DNA of 64,000 bases from an uncultured Candidatus Rokubacteria bacterium. GTDB taxonomy: Bacteria; Methylomirabilota; Methylomirabilia; Rokubacteriales; DASRDR01. Position 1 is the stretch's first letter, and the number at the start of each line of letters is the position of its first letter. Under the pieces are notes generated by a model. The model was not told the origin of the DNA and searched no databases. It saw only the letters and a list, made by a program, of their open reading frames with translations. Shown piece by piece: positions 61,641 to 64,000 of the stretch. Location of the stretch: the NCBI GenBank assembly GCA_963826115.1, contig CAWGVS010000005.1:640001-704000 (forward strand), given 5' to 3'. The position numbers and the translations under genes were made by a program.

Positions 61641-64000
61641 GTGTTCGAGCGATTCACCGAGCGTGCGCGCCGCGTCATCATCCTGGCCCGCGAGGAGGCC
61701 GGACGGTTCCGCCACGACTTCGTGGGGACCGAGCACATCCTGCTCGGGCTGATCCGCGACGGGGAAGGGATCGCGACGGCCGTCCTGCAGCGTCTCGGGC
61801 TTCGCCTCGAGACCGTCAAGAGCGAGGTCGAGCGGGCGCTCGCGGGCTTCCCCAAGACGCTCACGTTCGGCGAGGTCCCGTTCACGCCCCAGGCCAAGCG
61901 GGTGCTGGAGCTGTCGATCGAGGAAGCCCGGCAGCTCGGGCACAACTACATCGGCACCGAGCACCTCCTTCTCGGCGTCATGAAGGAAGGGCAGTCGATC
62001 GCCGCGAAGATCCTGGAGTCTCTCGGGGCGCGGCTCGACGAGGTCCGGCAGGAGACCCTGGCCCTCCTGGGCGACCAGTACTACCCCCGTCCGAAGAAGC
62101 GCAGCCAGACCCCCGTCCTCGACGAGTTCGCCCGGGACCTCACCCAGTTCGCGCGCGACAGCAAGCTCGACCCCGTGATCGGGCGCGAGACGGAGATCGA
62201 GCGGGTCATCCAGATCCTCTCCCGGCGGACGAAGAACAACCCGGTCCTGATCGGCGAGCCCGGAGTGGGCAAGACGGCCATCGTGGAGGGCCTCGCCCAG
62301 AAGATCGTCAACCACGACGTGCCGGACGTCCTGGTGGGGAAGCGTCTCCTCCAGCTCGACCTCGGCGCCCTCGTGGCGGGCACGAAGTACCGCGGGCAGT
62401 TCGAGGAGCGCCTGAAGGCCGTCATGAAGGAGATCCGGCAGTCGGAGAACGTGATCCTCTTCCTGGACGAGCTCCACACGCTGATCGGCGCCGGCGCGGC
62501 CGAAGGCGCCATCGACGCCTCGAACATGCTGAAACCCGCGCTTTCCCGCGGCGAGATCCAGTGCATCGGGGCGACGACGCTCGACGAGTACCGGAAGCAC
62601 ATCGAGAAGGACGGCGCGCTCGAGCGGCGCTTCCAGCCCATCATCGTCCGCGCCCCGTCGCCCCAGGAGGCCGTCGAGATCATCAAGGGTCTCCGGCCGA
62701 AGTACGAGGCGCACCACCGCGTGAAGATCAGCGACGCGGCGATCGATCTCGCGGTGAAGCTGGCCGACCGCCACATCACCGAGCGCCACCTGCCGGACAA
62801 GGCGATCGACGTGATCGACGAGGCGGCGAGCCGGACGCGGCTCCAGGCCATGACCCCGCCGGCGACCATCAAGGAGCTCGAGAAAGAGATCGAGCGGGTC
62901 GTCCGGGAAAAGGACATGTTTTTGGAGGCGCAGGAGTTCGAGAAGGCCGCCTCGCTCCGGGAGAAGGAGAAGGCGCTCCGGGGCCGCGAGGAAGAGCTCA
63001 AGCGCGAGTGGGAGAAGAACAAGAACCGGCAGACCCAGGTGGTCGGCGAGCAGGACATCGAGTACATCGTGTCCCGCTGGACCGGCATTCCGCTTTCCCG
63101 GCTCGAGGAGAAGGAGTCGGCGAAGCTCGCGCGCATGGAAGAGGCGCTCCACGCGCGGGTGGTGGGCCAGGACGACGCGATCCGCGCGATCTCCCGGGCG
63201 ATCCGCCGCTCGCGGGCCGGCCTCAAGGATGTGAAGCGCCCGGTGGGCTCTTTCATCTTCCTGGGTCCCACCGGTGTCGGGAAGACGGAGCTCGCGCGGG
63301 CCTTGGCCGAGTTCCTCTTCGGGGACGAGAACGCCCTGATCCGGGTCGACATGTCCGAGTACATGGAGAAGTTCTCGGTGTCCCGTCTGCTCGGGGCCCC
63401 GCCCGGATACGTCGGGTACGAGGAGGGCGGCTACCTCACGGAGAAGGTGCGGCGGCGCCCGTACTCGGTCGTGCTGTTCGACGAGATCGAGAAGGCGCAC
63501 CCCGACGTGTTCAACATGCTCCTCCAGGTGCTGGACGACGGCCGCCTGACCGACTCCCTGGGCCACGTCGTCGACTTCAAGAACACGATCCTCATCATGA
63601 CGTCGAACCTCGGGACGGCGCTCATCGGCAAGCGCACCACCCCCGGCTTCCTGTCGGCCTCGGCCGAGGACACCTACGACCGGATGAAGGAGCGGGTGCT
63701 GGAGGAGCTCAAGCGGGCCTTCCGCCCCGAGTTCATCAACCGGATCGACGAGGTGATCGTGTTCCACTCGCTCAGCGAGGATCACATCCGCGGCATCGTG
63801 CAGCTGATGATGGACCGCGTGAACCGGCAGCTCGAGGAGCGGACGATCCGCGTCAGCCTCTCCGCCGAGGCGGTGAACTTCCTGATCGAGAAGGGGTACG
63901 ACGCGACGTACGGCGCCCGGCAGCTCCGGCGCATCATCCAGAAGCACATCGAGGATTCGCTGGCCGAGTCCATCATCGCGGGACGGATCCAGGACGGCGT
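61641..64000 (+). CDS. clpC: ATP-dependent Clp protease ATP-binding subunit ClpC (runs off the window end)
   Basis: GGAGGAGG RBS then GTG: [20 protein letters not shown]; GTEHILLGL Clp-[26 protein letters not shown]-type [27 protein letters not shown]; missing from the ORF track because there is no stop in the window. Confidence 0.96.
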   Translation, partial: MFERFTERARRVIILAREEAGRFRHDFVGTEHILLGLIRDGEGIATAVLQRLGLRLETVKSEVERALAGFPKTLTFGEVPFTPQAKRVLELSIEEARQLGHNYIGTEHLLLGVMKEGQSIAAKILESLGARLDEVRQETLALLGDQYYPRPKKRSQTPVLDEFARDLTQFARDSKLDPVIGRETEIERVIQILSRRTKNNPVLIGEPGVGKTAIVEGLAQKIVNHDVPDVLVGKRLLQLDLGALVAGTKYRGQFEERLKAVMKEIRQSENVILFLDELHTLIGAGAAEGAIDASNMLKPALSRGEIQCIGATTLDEYRKHIEKDGALERRFQPIIVRAPSPQEAVEIIKGLRPKYEAHHRVKISDAAIDLAVKLADRHITERHLPDKAIDVIDEAASRTRLQAMTPPATIKELEKEIERVVREKDMFLEAQEFEKAASLREKEKALRGREEELKREWEKNKNRQTQVVGEQDIEYIVSRWTGIPLSRLEEKESAKLARMEEALHARVVGQDDAIRAISRAIRRSRAGLKDVKRPVGSFIFLGPTGVGKTELARALAEFLFGDENALIRVDMSEYMEKFSVSRLLGAPPGYVGYEEGGYLTEKVRRRPYSVVLFDEIEKAHPDVFNMLLQVLDDGRLTDSLGHVVDFKNTILIMTSNLGTALIGKRTTPGFLSASAEDTYDRMKERVLEELKRAFRPEFINRIDEVIVFHSLSEDHIRGIVQLMMDRVNRQLEERTIRVSLSAEAVNFLIEKGYDATYGARQLRRIIQKHIEDSLAESIIAGRIQDG

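Noticed and set aside
61038-63947. 969-aa minus-strand ORF
   Set aside because: Antisense shadow of clpC, which is on the + strand and absent from the ORF track only because it has no stop in the window

Overview
High-GC bacterial DNA from a diderm (lnt, lolC/E, lolD present). Gene content and composition are compatible with Methylomirabilota/Rokubacteria-like lineages, but that is inference only. Two + strand housekeeping blocks flank an accessory region. The left block is PGM/PMM, tlyA, nadK, recN, secA, smc (24-11543). The right block is rodZ, ftsY, ribD/E/BA/H, nusB, lnt, prfB with a programmed +1 frameshift, lysS, lolC/E, lolD and a truncated clpC (49589->64000). Between them lies a ~38 kb surface-glycan biosynthesis/modification island with no recognisable integrase or transposase. 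It carries a Wzm/Wzt exporter, about 11 glycosyltransferase genes (several fused to sulfotransferase, methyltransferase, second-GT or repeat domains), two sulfotransferase domains, two SDR epimerases, a PhyH-type dioxygenase, a radical SAM/SPASM enzyme, two polytopic GT-C-like membrane proteins and a LamG-sugar dehydrogenase-Ig repeat protein behind a sigma54-type promoter. Four observations stand out. (i) A cupin (RmlC/FdtA-like) + Gfo/Idh/MocA reductase + GT2 cassette is present in three copies with complementary decay. (ii) The radical SAM gene is bracketed by a 9-bp direct repeat and a GTTRRRY site. (iii) Next to it is a ~470-bp structured non-coding element reminiscent of an orphan IS110 non-coding end. 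(iv) A long structured leader lies upstream of wzm. Several compensating frameshifts look like long-read assembly errors. No tRNA, rRNA or CRISPR array was seen.
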